Assembly: GCF_009914755.1 (NCBI RefSeq)
Contig: NC_060926.1
DNA length: 64,000 nucleotides
From: the human T2T-CHM13v2.0 reference genome, Homo sapiens
Direction: 5' to 3' (one strand)
The notes beneath the pieces are model-generated. The model was not told the DNA's origin, did not search any database, and worked only from the letters and a program-made list of their open reading frames with translations. This document shows, piece by piece, positions 1 through 13,680 of this stretch. Made by a program: the position numbers and the translations under genes. How positions within the stretch are numbered: the first letter of the stretch is position 1; every line of letters starts with the position of its first letter.

Positions 1-280
1 CATTCTATAAGACAATCACATAAGTGAAAAACAAATTTGTAGATATTTGAGTACAACCATTTAATATATGAATAAAAGCAGTTCAGAACATTTTAATGTA
101 CACTGCATTTTCTGATAGTAAGATTTTAGGTTAAAATAAGATTATACTTCAAAAAGTGTACCATTTTGAAAAAAAATCATGTCACTGCTGGCAATGCCAT
201 TTTCATACTAGTCCAACATATTGCTTATCCATCTGTGTTTGTTTGATTTTACTGTTATTACTTTCATGGTAATGCTAAAG

Positions 281-321
<41 letters not shown>
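281..321. repeat. (TACA)n(CA)n microsatellite
   Basis: Seen directly in the sequence. Confidence 0.95.
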
Positions 322-1042
322 CCCTAAGGTGTGCAGGCTTTCATCCAAGCTTGCTGGTATTAATTAAAAATCAACCAGAGGTAGGGAAAAATAAAACTTA
401 TTCAAAAATACTATTGCAATAGGGAGAATATTCCAAACTCAATCTACAGGTGTCTCAGGATCAAACAGGAAAAGGCTTTCCTTTTCTAGGGAAGGACAAG
501 CAGGGCTGGCAGAAGCCTCCTTGGAGAGAAGGACAGGCAGTGGGGTGAGCAGGTGGCAAAACCAGGATGCTCCAATAAAAATAGTTTCTCTGGGAGTCCC
601 GCTCATTTTTGGAGTGAGCTGTTAGCGGGCTGGTCTGTCCTTTAGTGCTTGTTCAGTCTTAGGTGGTGAGCCAAGGTCCAGGGGCCTGAGGAGAGGAGAC
701 AAGACTGTCTGAAGTTTGATAAAATCAAGTCAATGGGTAGTTATGAGTAATTGTGAGCAATTGATCAGCTTTGGGCTCAGCACACACCCCACCTTTGTTG
801 TTTACCACAAACAAAACTTGTCCCTAAAAATTTTTAGGAATGGCATCAGATATAGCGAAGGTTTGCAAACTGATTTTCAGGGTTGGGCTGGTCTTCATGT
901 GTTTGTTAACCTTGAGGACTAGGTATATCATTTGTTAAGTGTGTTATTGGACTGACAGCTGCTCTCTATGAAAAGTAGAATAATCATTGAATATAATAAA
1001 AAGAATAATCATTGAAGGTTGGATAAAGAGGTCCGCGGAGCG

Positions 1043-1627
1043 ATGGGCGAGTACGCGGGTGCCACACGCTCCTCGCCTTCTGCTGCCTGCAACTGGTGGC
1101 AGCGCTGGAGCAGCAGATCTTTGACTTCCAGGGCCGCCTACCAGTGAGCTCCCACCCTAGCCAATTTCCTGCGCCTCGTGGCGCTCACCCTGGGCATCGT
1201 GGGCACCGCAGTGTGGCTGACGCTCCGGGCTGGCCTGAGTGCGTTTATCACCTGCTTCTACCCGAAGGCTGGACCCAATATCCCCAGACCGCGACTTCCC
1301 CACAGCGTCCAAATGCCCCTGTACCGATCCAGGGATGGAGAATCGCCGGGCAGCGGGCGACTCCGGTTCTGAGCTTCCCCTGGCCATGGGGGGCTGCCGT
1401 GCAGTCTTGTCCCTGGCTGCCTGCTGCACTGTCCCTGCAAAGAAGCCCTCAGCAGCGCCCGCAGATCCTCCTGGCGCTGCTCCGCTTCCTGTTCGCCAGC
1501 TATGGGAGCAAAGTCTTCCTGAAGGAGGAGGCAGCTTTGACTTCATCAGCGGCTTCCACTCCTAGGGATGCCAGGCGCCCCAGAAGACGTCACGTTGACA
1601 CCAGCAGCCTCTATGCGCTTCGGGTAG
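1043..1627 (+). pseudogene. NKAIN1: Processed pseudogene of NKAIN1 (Na+/K+-ATPase interacting 1)
   Basis: ATG at 1043. Shifting frames give LLAFCCLQLVAALEQQIFDF, LANFLRLVALTLGIVGT, WLTLRAGLSAFITCFY, DRDF, QILLALLRFLFASYGSKVFLKEE and SFDFISGFHS*GCQAPQKTS, ending SG-TAG at 1625-1627. This matches recalled NKAIN1 end to end. No introns; several frameshifts and stops; an internal deletion near 1210. Confidence 0.92.
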
Positions 1628-2204
1628 CCCTGCCCCGCCTGCCCTGGCCCTGTTCCCTTGGCGCTGGACTGACCTCGGCAGCCGCGATCTTGGTCAGGAC
1701 CAGCAGGCACAGCCCTGGGGGCTCGGGACCCACTGCAGCCTGTGAAGGCCCCATGGCTCTGCACACAGAGAGGCGGAGCAGCAGACTTTGGGACTTGGCC
1801 CCTCACAACCAGGACTTCAGAGAGGATTGGGGCGGGTAAGGGAGGGGCCACGGAGTCCGCATTTTAAAAAATTTCAGACTTAGTGTGAGCTGGAGCTTTT
1901 CTCCCTTCTCCAGCCTCTTCCTTTCACCCTTCACTCAGCATCCCGCCCCTGTCCAGAGAGAAACAGCAGGAGGGCTTGCCCTTTCTATCTCACCGCACTC
2001 ACTCCCCAGCCTGAGGAAAGCCGGGGGAACTAGGGGCAGGAGTTCTGGTTTCTCATCGCAGGTCCATCAGACTCTGGGTGACAGCTAGCAGAACCCTAGC
2101 CCTCTCGGTGCCTCAGTTTCCCCACCTTGCCATTAAAAGAGTCCCTTGGTAGGTGAGCTCTTCTAGCCTTCTCATATAACTCTGAATTCTGTGGGCTGGG
2201 GTGG

Positions 2205-2350
2205 GATTATAAATCCCATTTTGCAGATGTAGAAACTGAGGCCAAGAGAAGTGAAATGGTTTGAGGCCACACTGCTAGATTTTGGTGGAAGCAGGCCTTG
2301 AACGCAGCGGACTTTCTGTAGTTTCAGCCTCTAAAACCCAGTGTCCTCTC
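2205..2350. mobile_element. MIR fragment
   Basis: MIR core motif cccattttgcagatgtagaaactgaggc. Confidence 0.75.
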
Positions 2351-2435
2351 TGAGTACCATTTTCAGGCCCCTCACTACATTCACACATCACTGCTTGCCA
2401 AGACCTCTCCTCAACCACCATCTTATCAAAGGTGA

Positions 2436-2640
2436 CAAGAGTCACCTTTGCTCCAGTTCCCAGCAAGTTCCTCATCTCCATCAGAGACTGCCTCAGCATG
2501 GATTTCATTGTCCATATCATTATCAGCATTTTGGTCAAAGCCATTCAACAAGTCTCTTGGAATTTCAAACTTTCCCACATTTTCCTGTCTTCTGAGACCT
2601 GCAAATTGTTCAACCTCTGCCAGTTACCCAGCTCCAAAGT
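2436..2640 (-). mobile_element. MaLR (MST/THE1) internal fragment
   Basis: Reverse complement of the same MaLR internal segment seen at about 39110-39325. Confidence 0.85.
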
Positions 2641-2885
<245 letters not shown>

Positions 2886-4309
2886 TAAAGACTAGCCAGC
2901 CCTCAGGCTCCTGGTGGTTGCTGCTATTCTGTTGAATGTGAACCATAGCCTTTAGAAAGGAGCAAGTCTTTGTGGAATACACAGGATTTGAAGTGCAACA
3001 AAGGGGTGGAAACCCAGCTGACCATCATACCTTCAAGTGAGTTTTTCCACTGAATTTGATTATTTTCTCATTTGGCACTTCTTTCTGGGTTTTTTAAGCA
3101 GCCCAAAAACTCTAGGTGATTTTACTTTTGTAATTGTATTCTCTTGGGAATGCTCATTCCTGATTCCTCGTTTCACCAAATAGGTGTGGAACCTTCTGTT
3201 TCTGACTATAATAATTCTGGAGTCTTTAAACAAAACGACTGTGACTTTTCATGATGAGTAGAAGATAGGTTTTACTCATGCTACAATCAATATTAATTCC
3301 TTGCAGTTCAAAGACACTGAGGCCTTGTCTAATAATATAGAAGTTGAACTTGGACTTGGGAGATGACTCCTGCCTCTCGTCCTCTCTGTGGCTCTGCTTT
3401 CTATTATTTTACTCATAAGCTTGTTTTGTCTCCTTGCTGAGAATTGTCAAACATGAAATGTAATTTCAGGCTATAGTGAAGAAAGATGACGTAGGCAGAA
3501 GAAATTGGCAATCATTTGGCCTGTACATGTTGCTTTTTGTTTTTTTTTCTGGACTTAGGATATAGACCACACCTTGACATTTCTGGCCTTTGAGTCTTTC
3601 ACAACTGTGATTATAATACATTAGCTCTTCTAGAAGTTAGAAGTGACTTTGGATTAAGTCTTTCATAAGGTGGCTAAATGAATTTATATGGCTCATCACA
3701 ATTCACTAGATTGGTTAAGCAGGAAGTTTACAGAGATTTTTTTCTTTGCTGTAAATGTTTTTCTAAATTGAAAAACTTCTATTACTGTCTTCTGGAGTAC
3801 TAGAAATAAGTGCAAGTGATTGTTTTTGGCAGGAGGCCACATAAACATTTCTGCTTCTCTGTGCCTTATGGGTAGCATTGATATAAATTGTTAAAAATAA
3901 TGATTGTAGATAGATAATGTATCAGAGTTTGGGCTCAGCTGCGGTAGCTGCTGTTGACCCAGAGGGACCACTGGGATCCTCACATCTCAGGGCAGCACAT
4001 CGTTTGCAGCAATGGTTGGTTCTACGCAACCTTTTATGAAATTAGGTGAGGCCCTTGCTTAGAATTTTTTAAAAGCTTAATATGAGTTTATATCTCTTTA
4101 AATATCAGTTTCTAATATTTTTTTAAAGGCCTATGTTTACAACAAATTTAGGAGATACCTTTATGCACTACTAACTAGTGTTCTTTTGTGGTGCTTTAGA
4201 AATTCTGGCTTACTTGTATTTTTGCTGGCCTTCTAATGATTTCACTCATCAATCAGAAGATATTTGTGTCCACCTCCCTGCTTCCTCTCCGGTGATCTTG
4301 TCTATTCTT

Positions 4310-5620
4310 GGCCATTTTAGAGTTGACTTAGCAGCCTTCACAAAACTGATTGGAATTTCCACTGGGATTAAATTGATAGGTCATTTTTGGGAGACCTTTG
4401 CAATATTGAACTTTCCAATCCATGAACTTTACTTATCTGCCCATTTATTATGTTTGTTTTTGGTAGATTACAAAATTATATGATCACTCCAAAAATTACC
4501 TTGCCCTTTAGAATAAAACCTTCCATTGTAAACTTCTGGCAATAACTGATCTGTGTTCCTCTAGCATTGCTTTTTTTTCAGAATTTTATACAAATGGAAT
4601 CGTTCAGGATGTAGCCTTTTGAGTCTGGCTACTTTCATATACTGTATCAACAGTTATTCCTTTTAATTGCCAAATAGTAATCCATTGTATAAATACTACA
4701 TGGTTTGCTTATTGGTTTGTCATTGGAGGAATATGGACTATTTTCACTTTTTGATAAATTATAAGTGGATTGGAATTCACAAAGTGCTTTTTGTCTGAGC
4801 ATAGGTTTTCATTTCACTTGTGCAAATGCCTAAGGGTAGGATTGCCGAGTCTCATGGTCCATGTACGTTTGACTTTATCAGAACCTGCCAAATTGTCTTC
4901 CAAAGTGCTGTGCCACTTCTGTTTCTTTAATAAATACAGGGGTATTCAAGCTGTCTGTTTCTTCTTGAGTTTCGGTAGTCTGTCTTTCAAGGAATTGATC
5001 TATTTCACCTAATTTGTAGAATTTAGAAGCATATAGTTGTTTGTTTTGTTTTTGTAGTGTCCATTCTAGCCTTCTAGTGTCTACAGGATTTGTAATAATA
5101 TTCCTTTCATTTCTGGTATTGGCAATTTGTGTTTTCTCTTCTTCCTTTGTCAGTCTGCTAGAGGCTTCCTCATTTGATTGACTTCCACCTCCCACCACCC
5201 TTGCAAAGAACCAACTTTGGATTCCGTTGAATTTTTTTCCTTTACTGTTTTTGTTTAAATATTACTGATTTAGTCTGTTTTTCTTATGCCTGATTTGAGT
5301 TTATTTGGTTCTTTTTTTACTTAAAGTAAATGCTTACATTATTGATTTGATGCTTCATTTCTCATAATTTAGTGCTATAAATTGCCCTGTAAGCACATAT
5401 TTTGGTAAGATGATGTCATATTTATTAAGTTCAAACTGTTTTCCAATTTGTCTTAAGATACTCTCTTTGACCTATGGGCCATTTAGAAGTACGCCATTTA
5501 ACTTCTCATATTTGGGGATGTTCTAGAAATGTTCTAGATTCCTAGTTTAATTCTGTCATCAGAGAAAATAATTCACTGAATTTTAATTGTTTAACTTTAG
5601 GGTTTGTTTTATGACCCAGA
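4310..5620 (-). mobile_element. Ancient L1 (L1M) fragments
   Basis: ORF 4878-5198 is ORF2-like (KTQIANTRNER...QLYASKFYKLGEIDQFLE); T-rich antisense L1 character. Confidence 0.75.
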
Positions 5621-5829
5621 ATATGATCTCTCACCACCACCATCCAGATAATTCTTCAGGTTTTGACGTTTCCCAACCTGTCTGCTGGTTACTTTTCAGA
5701 GTACTTGGGTCATTGCTATTTATATTTTGTCTAGAGTTTCAAATTGTGATCAGTGGAAATGACAGGCCGTAGCATGCATACGCCATCCTGGCCAGCATCA
5801 CAGGCGGTCAGCATATCTTTCTGTTGTTG

Positions 5830-6112
5830 TTTTGAGACAGGGTCTCACTCTGTTGCCCAGGCTGGAGCACAGTGGCATGATCAAGGATCACTGCATTCTC
5901 AACCTGCTAGGCTCAAGTGATCCTCCCACCTCAGCCTCCCGAATAGCTGGGTCTATAGGTGTGCTGCCATGCCCAGCTAATTTTTGTATTTTTTATAAAG
6001 ACGTGATTTTGCCTTGTTGCCCAGGCTGGTCTCAAACTCCTGAGCTCAGGCCATCCTCTCACTCGGGCCTCCCAAAATACTAGGATTATAGGCATGACCA
6101 CCACACCTGGCC
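5830..6112 (-). mobile_element. Alu (J-like)
   Basis: gagacagggtctcactctgttgccc...ggctcaagtgatcctccc. Confidence 0.92.
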
Positions 6113-6480
6113 AGTACATCTTAAAAATAATTGCTGATCCACGTTGAATAATGATGGCCTGTAAATACTTTCTCTTGCACTTGCTTTGTTGGGTTTTGAT
6201 ATCAAGATTATTTTTATTTTAACCTTGTAAAATGAACTCGGGAGTCTTCTTTTTTTATTCTCTGTTTGTGTTGGTGGCAGAGTTTTTTTTTTTTTTTGTT
6301 TGGTTGGTTGGTTTGTTTCTCTTGTATGTTTCACGGAACTTTTTGGTGAAGGCACTTGGGCCTGGAAATTTCTTTATGGGAAGTTTTTTCATTACTGATT
6401 CAATATATTTAATCTATGTAAGTTTTTTTTCTACTTTTTGAGTCAATTTTGATTTTTTTTCCTAGAAATTCATATCTCAC

Positions 6481-7175
<695 letters not shown>

Positions 7176-7280
7176 TAGTACAGTCCTCCTGTGCAAGATT
7201 GTTTTTTGAATGCTTTTTCTTGACAAATCTTGCTAAAGGTCTGTGAATTTTATAATGTATTTTTTAAGAACCAGGTTTTA

Positions 7281-7444
7281 GCAGGGCATGGTGGCTCATA
7301 CCTGTAATCCCAGCACTTTGAGAGGCAAAGGTGGGAGGATCGCTTGAGCCTGTAAGGGGGAGGCTGTACTAAGCTGTAATTGAGCCACTACACTCCAGCC
7401 TGGGCAACAGAATGAGACCCTATCTGAAAACCAAAAAAAAAAAA
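7281..7444 (+). mobile_element. Alu monomer (FRAM/FAM-like or internally deleted)
   Basis: Single arm with an A tail. Confidence 0.8.
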
Positions 7445-7569
7445 CACAAGTTTTAGCTTGGCTGATTCTATTGTGTGTTTCTTTTGTATTTCATTTGTTT
7501 GTTATGTTTTTCCTTTTTCTTTCTTTGAATTTAACTTGTTCTTTGTCTGATTTATTGACTGATGCTTAG

Positions 7570-7830
<261 letters not shown>

Positions 7831-7834
7831 AGTG

Positions 7835-8590
7835 CAAGTGTCTTTAGCCAGCTTCATTTACTCCCTAACTCCTTGCCTCAGGTTCTGCATCCGTAAAGTG
7901 AGGTCACTAGGAGTATTTACCTCAGAGGGCTGTTGCAAGGTTAAAGCTGGTTATACAAGCAGAGTACTTGGAACAGTGTCAGTTACCTGGCTGGGGCTCA
8001 GTAAGTGCTGGCTGTCCTCATTGAAAAGGTTCAAGTGTTGTGTTTTCCTGTCACCTGATCTGGAAAGAGGTCAAACAAAGGATCTTTTAGCCCATGCCAC
8101 TTCCTGTCCTTCCTTGGCTGAAGGCTGACAGGTAAGAATCCCCAGAAGTTGTCACCGATGTGCCTGTGGAAGTGCCTTCCTGATTGCTTTCCCTCTGGAG
8201 CCTTTAAGTTCCATGAAGCACTTAGTTGGCCTGGACTCCACCTATTCAGCATGCTGTGGCAGCTCAGTTCAGATCCCATTTTTAACTTGGGACTGCATAG
8301 ATTCCCCATCATTTCTTTTAGGACCAGGTGGGCAAGAAGATCCAGTCAGTGCTTTATTACTTCTCACTGATATTCACAGAGCACATTTAATGTGAGCCAT
8401 GGAATAAGAAAACTCTTAGTCACATTCTGTGTCATGAGAAGGTTACTTAACCTTGAAAACCATTTCCTTGACTGGTAAATGCGGCTGTAATGAAATTGAC
8501 CCCATTCACTGTTGTGAGGATTAAATGAGATGATGTATGCAGAGCAACTAGGACAGTGCCTGGGAAAGTGCTACTCATGATCATTTATCT
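7835..8590. mobile_element. Two MIR fragments (about 7835-8010 and 8420-8590)
   Basis: gcctcaggttctgcatccgtaaagtg; gttgtgaggattaaatgagatgatgtatg...cagtgcctgg. Confidence 0.7.
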
Positions 8591-9770
8591 TCAGTTTAGA
8601 ACAATATATACTTGCTTATTTAAAAAAGGAGATAATAGAGAAAAGGTATTGAGAAAAATAGGAGAGGAGAAAATCACTCATATTCTCACCATTCAGTGAT
8701 TCAGCCCAGTATCATCAATGTTTTGTTTGGTTGTTTTTGTAGGTGTAGGATTTTTTTTTTTTTAAACGTAATTTTCCTGCATATGCAGTTTCGCATTTTT
8801 AACCCAAACTTAATGTTCTTTTTAATGTTCTTGTACTTACAAAGATTTATCCTGTTTTTAGATTGATATCTCACCTTGGCAGAAATGAGATAAAATTTTA
8901 AAATATTCATTTGGTGGCTTTCACAGTATTATTTGATCTCTAGGGTCTCCTGTGAGTTTGCTACATGGTACATTGTATTACTTTCATCTTATAGATGAAG
9001 AAAGATACTAGTGTGGCTGAGTCACATGCAGAATTTGGAGGAGCATGGTGCTGAATGAGTTTTGATGATTGTAGGGACCACAACTGGAAAAGTAGATGTA
9101 AAATGGTGAGGTCGATCCCTCTGACACTTTCACATGCTCAGTCACACATCTTGAACATATAAGTTGGATCCTGTGCCTAGAGGAGGTAGGTTTCTGAGCC
9201 AAGGCATATTCCAAAAATTGCATGAGAAGCTGGCTTTCCCAGGCACAGTGAGCCCTCCAGGCTCACTAACTCCTGAATCATACCTCCTGCCCCTAGCCAG
9301 GTTTATCTAGGACTTGAGCACAAAGAAAAAGTGGGAGCATCTTTGAACAACCAAATATCTTGAAAAACTAGTTAAGTGGTATCATATATTTGTGGGATGG
9401 GTGATTTCAAAACCCAGTCTAAAAGGACAGGACCTTGCTCATTGACAATTTATTGTCTGATGCAATGTTTCTTAATCTTTTTGGGTCTTGGATTCCCTTG
9501 AGAATCTTTTGAAGTTTATGGACTCTTTTCCCAGAAGAACACACTCATGTGTATGTAACACAATTTTGCATTCAATCTTAGGGACTGCAGGTGTCTACAT
9601 TAGTTATATATTGGTGTAAAAAAAAAGCCCCAAACTTAAGGCTTAAAGGAACAATAGATGTTTATTATCTCACAGTTTCTGTGGTTCAGAAAGTCAGTAA
9701 CATCTTAACTGGATACTTCTGACTCAGAGTCTCTCAGGAGGTTGCAATCAAGATGTTGTTGGGGGGAAAG

Positions 9771-10487
9771 GGGCAGGTTCAGTGGCTCATGCCTGTAATC
9801 TCTACACTCTGGGAAGCAAAGCCAGGAGGATTACTTGAGCCCAGGAGTTTGAGACCAGCCTGGGCAACACAGTGAGACCCTATGTATTAGTCAGTTCTCA
9901 CATTGCTATAAATACATGAGACTGGAGAATTTATAAAGAAAAGGGGTTTAATTGTCTCACAGTTCCACAGGCTGTTCAGGGAGCATAATGCTGGCATCTG
10001 CTTGGCTTCTGGGGCAACCACAGGAAACTTTCAATCATGGTGGAAGGTGAAGGGGAAGCAGGCACGCCTTACATGGCCAAATCAGGAGCAAGAGAGAGAG
10101 GGGGGAGGTGCCACACACTTTTAAACAATTAGATACTGTGAGAACTCTAACGAGCACAGCACCAAAAGGGTGATGCTAAATCATTCATGAAAGATCCATT
10201 CCTGTGATCCAGTCACCTCCCACCAGGCCCCACCTCTAACACTGGGGATTATAATTGAATGTGAGATTTAGGTGGGTACACAGACCCCAACCATATCATC
10301 CCATCTCTATAAGAAATAAAAAAGTTAGCCAGGCATGGTGGTGTGTGCTGGTGGTCCCAGATACTCAGGAGGCTGATGTAGGAGGATCATTTGAGCCTCA
10401 GAGCTCAAGGCTGCAGTGAGCTATGATTGCACCACTGCACTCCAGCCTGGGTGACAGAGTGAGACCCTGTCTCAACAACAACAAAAA
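9771..10487 (+). mobile_element. AluJ split into 9771-9882 and 10299-10487
   Basis: Left arm ends gtgagacccta and resumes tcccatctcta after the LTR. Confidence 0.88.
9883..10298 (-). mobile_element. MSTA/MSTB solo LTR (416 bp)
   Basis: tgtattagtcagttctcacattgctataaa...ccaaccatatca with TG...CA ends; degenerate 5-bp TSD cccta/tccca. Confidence 0.88.
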
Positions 10488-10734
10488 GATGCCTGGGGTT
10501 GACATTATCTGAAGGCTTGACTGAGTTGACTGAGGCTGGAGAATCTACTTCCAGTCACGTGCTAGCAAGTTAGTGCTAGCTGTTGGCAGGAGGCCTCATG
10601 CGGTCCTCCCCATATGGCTGTTTTGATGTCCTCATAACATCGTGCTTGTCTTTTTATGACCTAGCCCTGGAAGTCACATTCCACCATTTGTGCATTTCCT
10701 ATTGGTCACATAGGTCAGTCCTATTTAGTGCATA

Positions 10735-11164
10735 GGGCAAGGTCTGAGAGGGGAGTAGTGCTGACTGCCCATGCCCTCTCCTGGTGCACACCGCTTCCAG
10801 CACCCAGAAGCTCTCCTAACTCCGTTATTTAGGGTTTTCATATGGGATTTCATTACATGGGTATGACTGATCAAATCACTGACCAATACTGATTGGATCA
10901 ATCTGCGGTCCCCCTCTTGTCCTTGGAGGTCTAAGGGTGGGGCTGAAAACTCCACAACTCTAACCGTGGCCAGCTCCTTCCTTGAAACTGCCTCCATGCT
11001 CACCTTCATTCACCTCATTAGCATAAAGTCTGGGATGGCCAAAAGGGGCTTCTTATAAATAACAAAAGGTACTCCCATTGCTTAGGAAGTTCCAAGGGGT
11101 TTAGGAGCTCAGTGCCAGGAACTGGGGACAAAGACCAAATATGTATATATATATAAATACTACA
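10735..11164 (-). mobile_element. MER21-like LTR fragment
   Basis: gggtggggctgaaaactcc...ttccaaggggttttaggagctcagtgccaggaactggggacaaagaccaaatat. Confidence 0.7.
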
Positions 11165-12168
11165 GTAGTGAATTTTATATAGCAAACATGCATTATTTTT
11201 CTTTTTGGCTAAAATTTTTTTCTAGTTATAAAACTGGTACATACTCATTGCAGAGGACTGGGGGAAGGAGTAAAATATTAAGAAAAAAATAAAAATCACT
11301 TGCCATCCTGTCACCTAGTATTTTCTTTCTAGTTCTTTTCATGCAGTTATATATAACATTTTGATCTTTCTTTTTATGTTACAGAAGTCATATTTGCTTA
11401 TTGCAGAGTAATCCAAAGAGTACAGAATGTCTAAAGTTTAAAAAGTTATTTAAAAAAAATGATCCTTGCCTGGGAGGAACTTTCTATTGTAGGTTGAGAG
11501 GGGAGATAGAGGGGCTGTGGGTCAGAGGATGCCCTGGTCAGGGTTGGGTGCCTGTGTCTCTTTGGAGGCAGCAGAGGTCTGCACAGCAGGGTATTACCAT
11601 TATAGGGAAATGGGGGGGGGGGGATGTGTGGAAGGGGAATTAAACTGCCAAGAAGAAAACAATTATTTTTATGTTGAGAAGCATTATTTTCAGGGGTCAG
11701 AAGCCCTTTGTGGGGCAGAGGGAAATTAAGGAGGTATTTAATAAACAGGTGCAGCTGAATGTGTGTGGTTAAAGTGCAATCCAGTAGTTATTTATTTGTC
11801 TGGATTGTTTATAACCTGCTTCCAGCCTAGACAAGTTGATTTGACCCTGCTGTCCTGGCTCATTCAGGCCACTTAACACTGTTTACCTTTGGGTGGGGAG
11901 GACATGCATGATCCGCTGGTCAAGTGCCTTTGTAAGGTCTGTAAATAGGATGCATTCTGGTTAAACTCATTATTGCATCACAAAAGCCAGTATCTGATGG
12001 GTCTCAGCTCTTTTCTTTTGCACTGGGGAAGACTGGAGGAGAATGAAACTTCCTTGAACCAGTGATTGGGTCTCTACCAAAGAGAGAAACTTAAAGCTAG
12101 TGAGAGCCTTAAGATATTTCATTTGAGCACTTGGCTGGCACCATGTAGGTAGAGACACTTTAAAGTAA

Positions 12169-12323
12169 CAGTGCTTTGCTACACCTGATTTGAATCATCT
12201 GTGGAGCTTCAAAAAAAATCCTAATTAATCCTAAGACCAGTTATGTCAGGTGGGGTCCAGGCACTGTTATTTTTTTAAAGCTCCCCAGGTGATTCCAGTG
12301 TATGTCCAGGACTGAGAAGCAGT
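12169..12323. mobile_element. MER5A (hAT-Charlie) DNA transposon
   Basis: gaatcatctgtggagctt...aagctccccaggtgattcc...ggactgagaagcag. Confidence 0.75.
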
Positions 12324-12526
12324 CCTTGAAGATGCTGGTGTACCCTGACCTGCCTCCAGCCTTCTTTGCAGGAGATGGATGGGGGTTGGTTGTAGTTGCT
12401 CTGTCATAGAACACGGCAATTCAAAGGATACCTAATGTTATGAATGTAGGTAAATTGTTTGCAAAATGTTCTGTGTTTCAGGAATACTGCAATCATTTGA
12501 TTCAAAGGTCATTGTGTGTGTGTATA

Positions 12527-12840
12527 CAGTCATGGGTCACTTAATGATGGGGACATGTTTTAAGAAATGTGTTGTTAGGCAATTTCATTCTTGTGTGAAC
12601 ATCATAGGGTGTATTTCAACAAACCTAGATGGGATACATATTTTCATTTATATATTTTATTATGGAAAATCAAATGTCCCAGCACTGTTACTAAATATCA
12701 GTCATTTCCCCTACTTGATCTGCCATGCCAACATTAAGTGCCATTTATTAGATCTCTATATATGCTCCATTATAATCTTACAGGATCACTGTTGCACATG
12801 TGTTTCCTCATTGACTGAAATGTTATTCAGTGCATGACTG
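12527..12840. mobile_element. Non-autonomous Tigger3/MER7-type element
   Basis: TA|cagtcatg...catgactg|TA: inverted termini with a TA duplication. Confidence 0.88.
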
Positions 12841-13469
12841 TACATATAGTAAAAATGTTATGCACCATATTTTAACATACTGATATTACTAATGAGTTGT
12901 CCTCATGGTGACTTTAAATATCATAATTAATGCCATCAACCAGAATATATCAAATAAATTCAGATACCACTTGTTCTGTTTATTTCCTTCCCCTGCCAAT
13001 TTTTTATTTTTCCTGATTCTGCTGAAGCCAAGATGGGGTTCTGTGTAAGATTTTGTTTGTGAGGAAAGGTTCTGTATGAATTAAAGTTTTGCAAGCCATG
13101 GGCATTTCATTGTATGGGCTGTTTTGAGGTCTGTCATCTTGCAGATTAGATTAGCTTACACTGAGGCACAGTCACCTGCTGGGCTGGGCAGAGAGCTGCA
13201 CTCCACTAGTATTTGAGCTGTCCCGGCTGTTCACCAGCTGGATCCACTTCAGATAGGCATAGCCAGGGCAGCCGCCATTCCCATTTGTGGGGGAAAAGGG
13301 AAGCTATCACAAGAATGGGCTGCAGCTGTGGGATGAGGTGGGCAACCCAGTGATGGTGTCATTGTCAAGGGGCCATTGAAATGTCCTTAAGCAGTCATTG
13401 GCCAAATCATGTCCTCTATGGATCCAGAGCCACAGAATATTCCAGCAGAAATATGTCTTAGCCAGCAGC

Positions 13470-13680
13470 TCTTTATTGAGGACTGATTGTGGGCTAGGCT
13501 CTGTGCTAGGGTCTTTACAGATGTTACTAAATCTTCTCAATAACCCTATGAGACAGGCATTATTATCCCCATCTTACCGATGAGAAAACTGAGGCTTAGA
13601 GAGGTTAAGCAGCTTATCCAAGACCACAGTTAATAAGTGACAAAGCCAGCATCGGAACCCATGCTAGTCCTCTCTAAAGC
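13470..13680. mobile_element. MIR
   Basis: attatccccatcttaccgatgagaaaactgaggcttagagaggttaag. Confidence 0.85.

Larger units (their letters stand above)
9595..10730 (-). mobile_element. MLT1 (MaLR) LTR split by a nested AluJ and MST LTR
   Basis: tttattatctcacagtttctgtggttcag before the Alu; resumes after it as atctgaaggcttgactgag...ggagaatctacttcca. Confidence 0.75.

Noticed and set aside
330-935. Possible old LTR upstream of the retrocopy
   Set aside because: The composition is suggestive, but I could not assign termini or a family without a search.
1096-1839. 247-aa GTG-start ORF and antisense ORFs 1157-1546 and 1546-1851
   Set aside because: The long ORF drifts in and out of the NKAIN1 frame. 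Long ORFs on both strands are expected in GC-rich pseudogene DNA.
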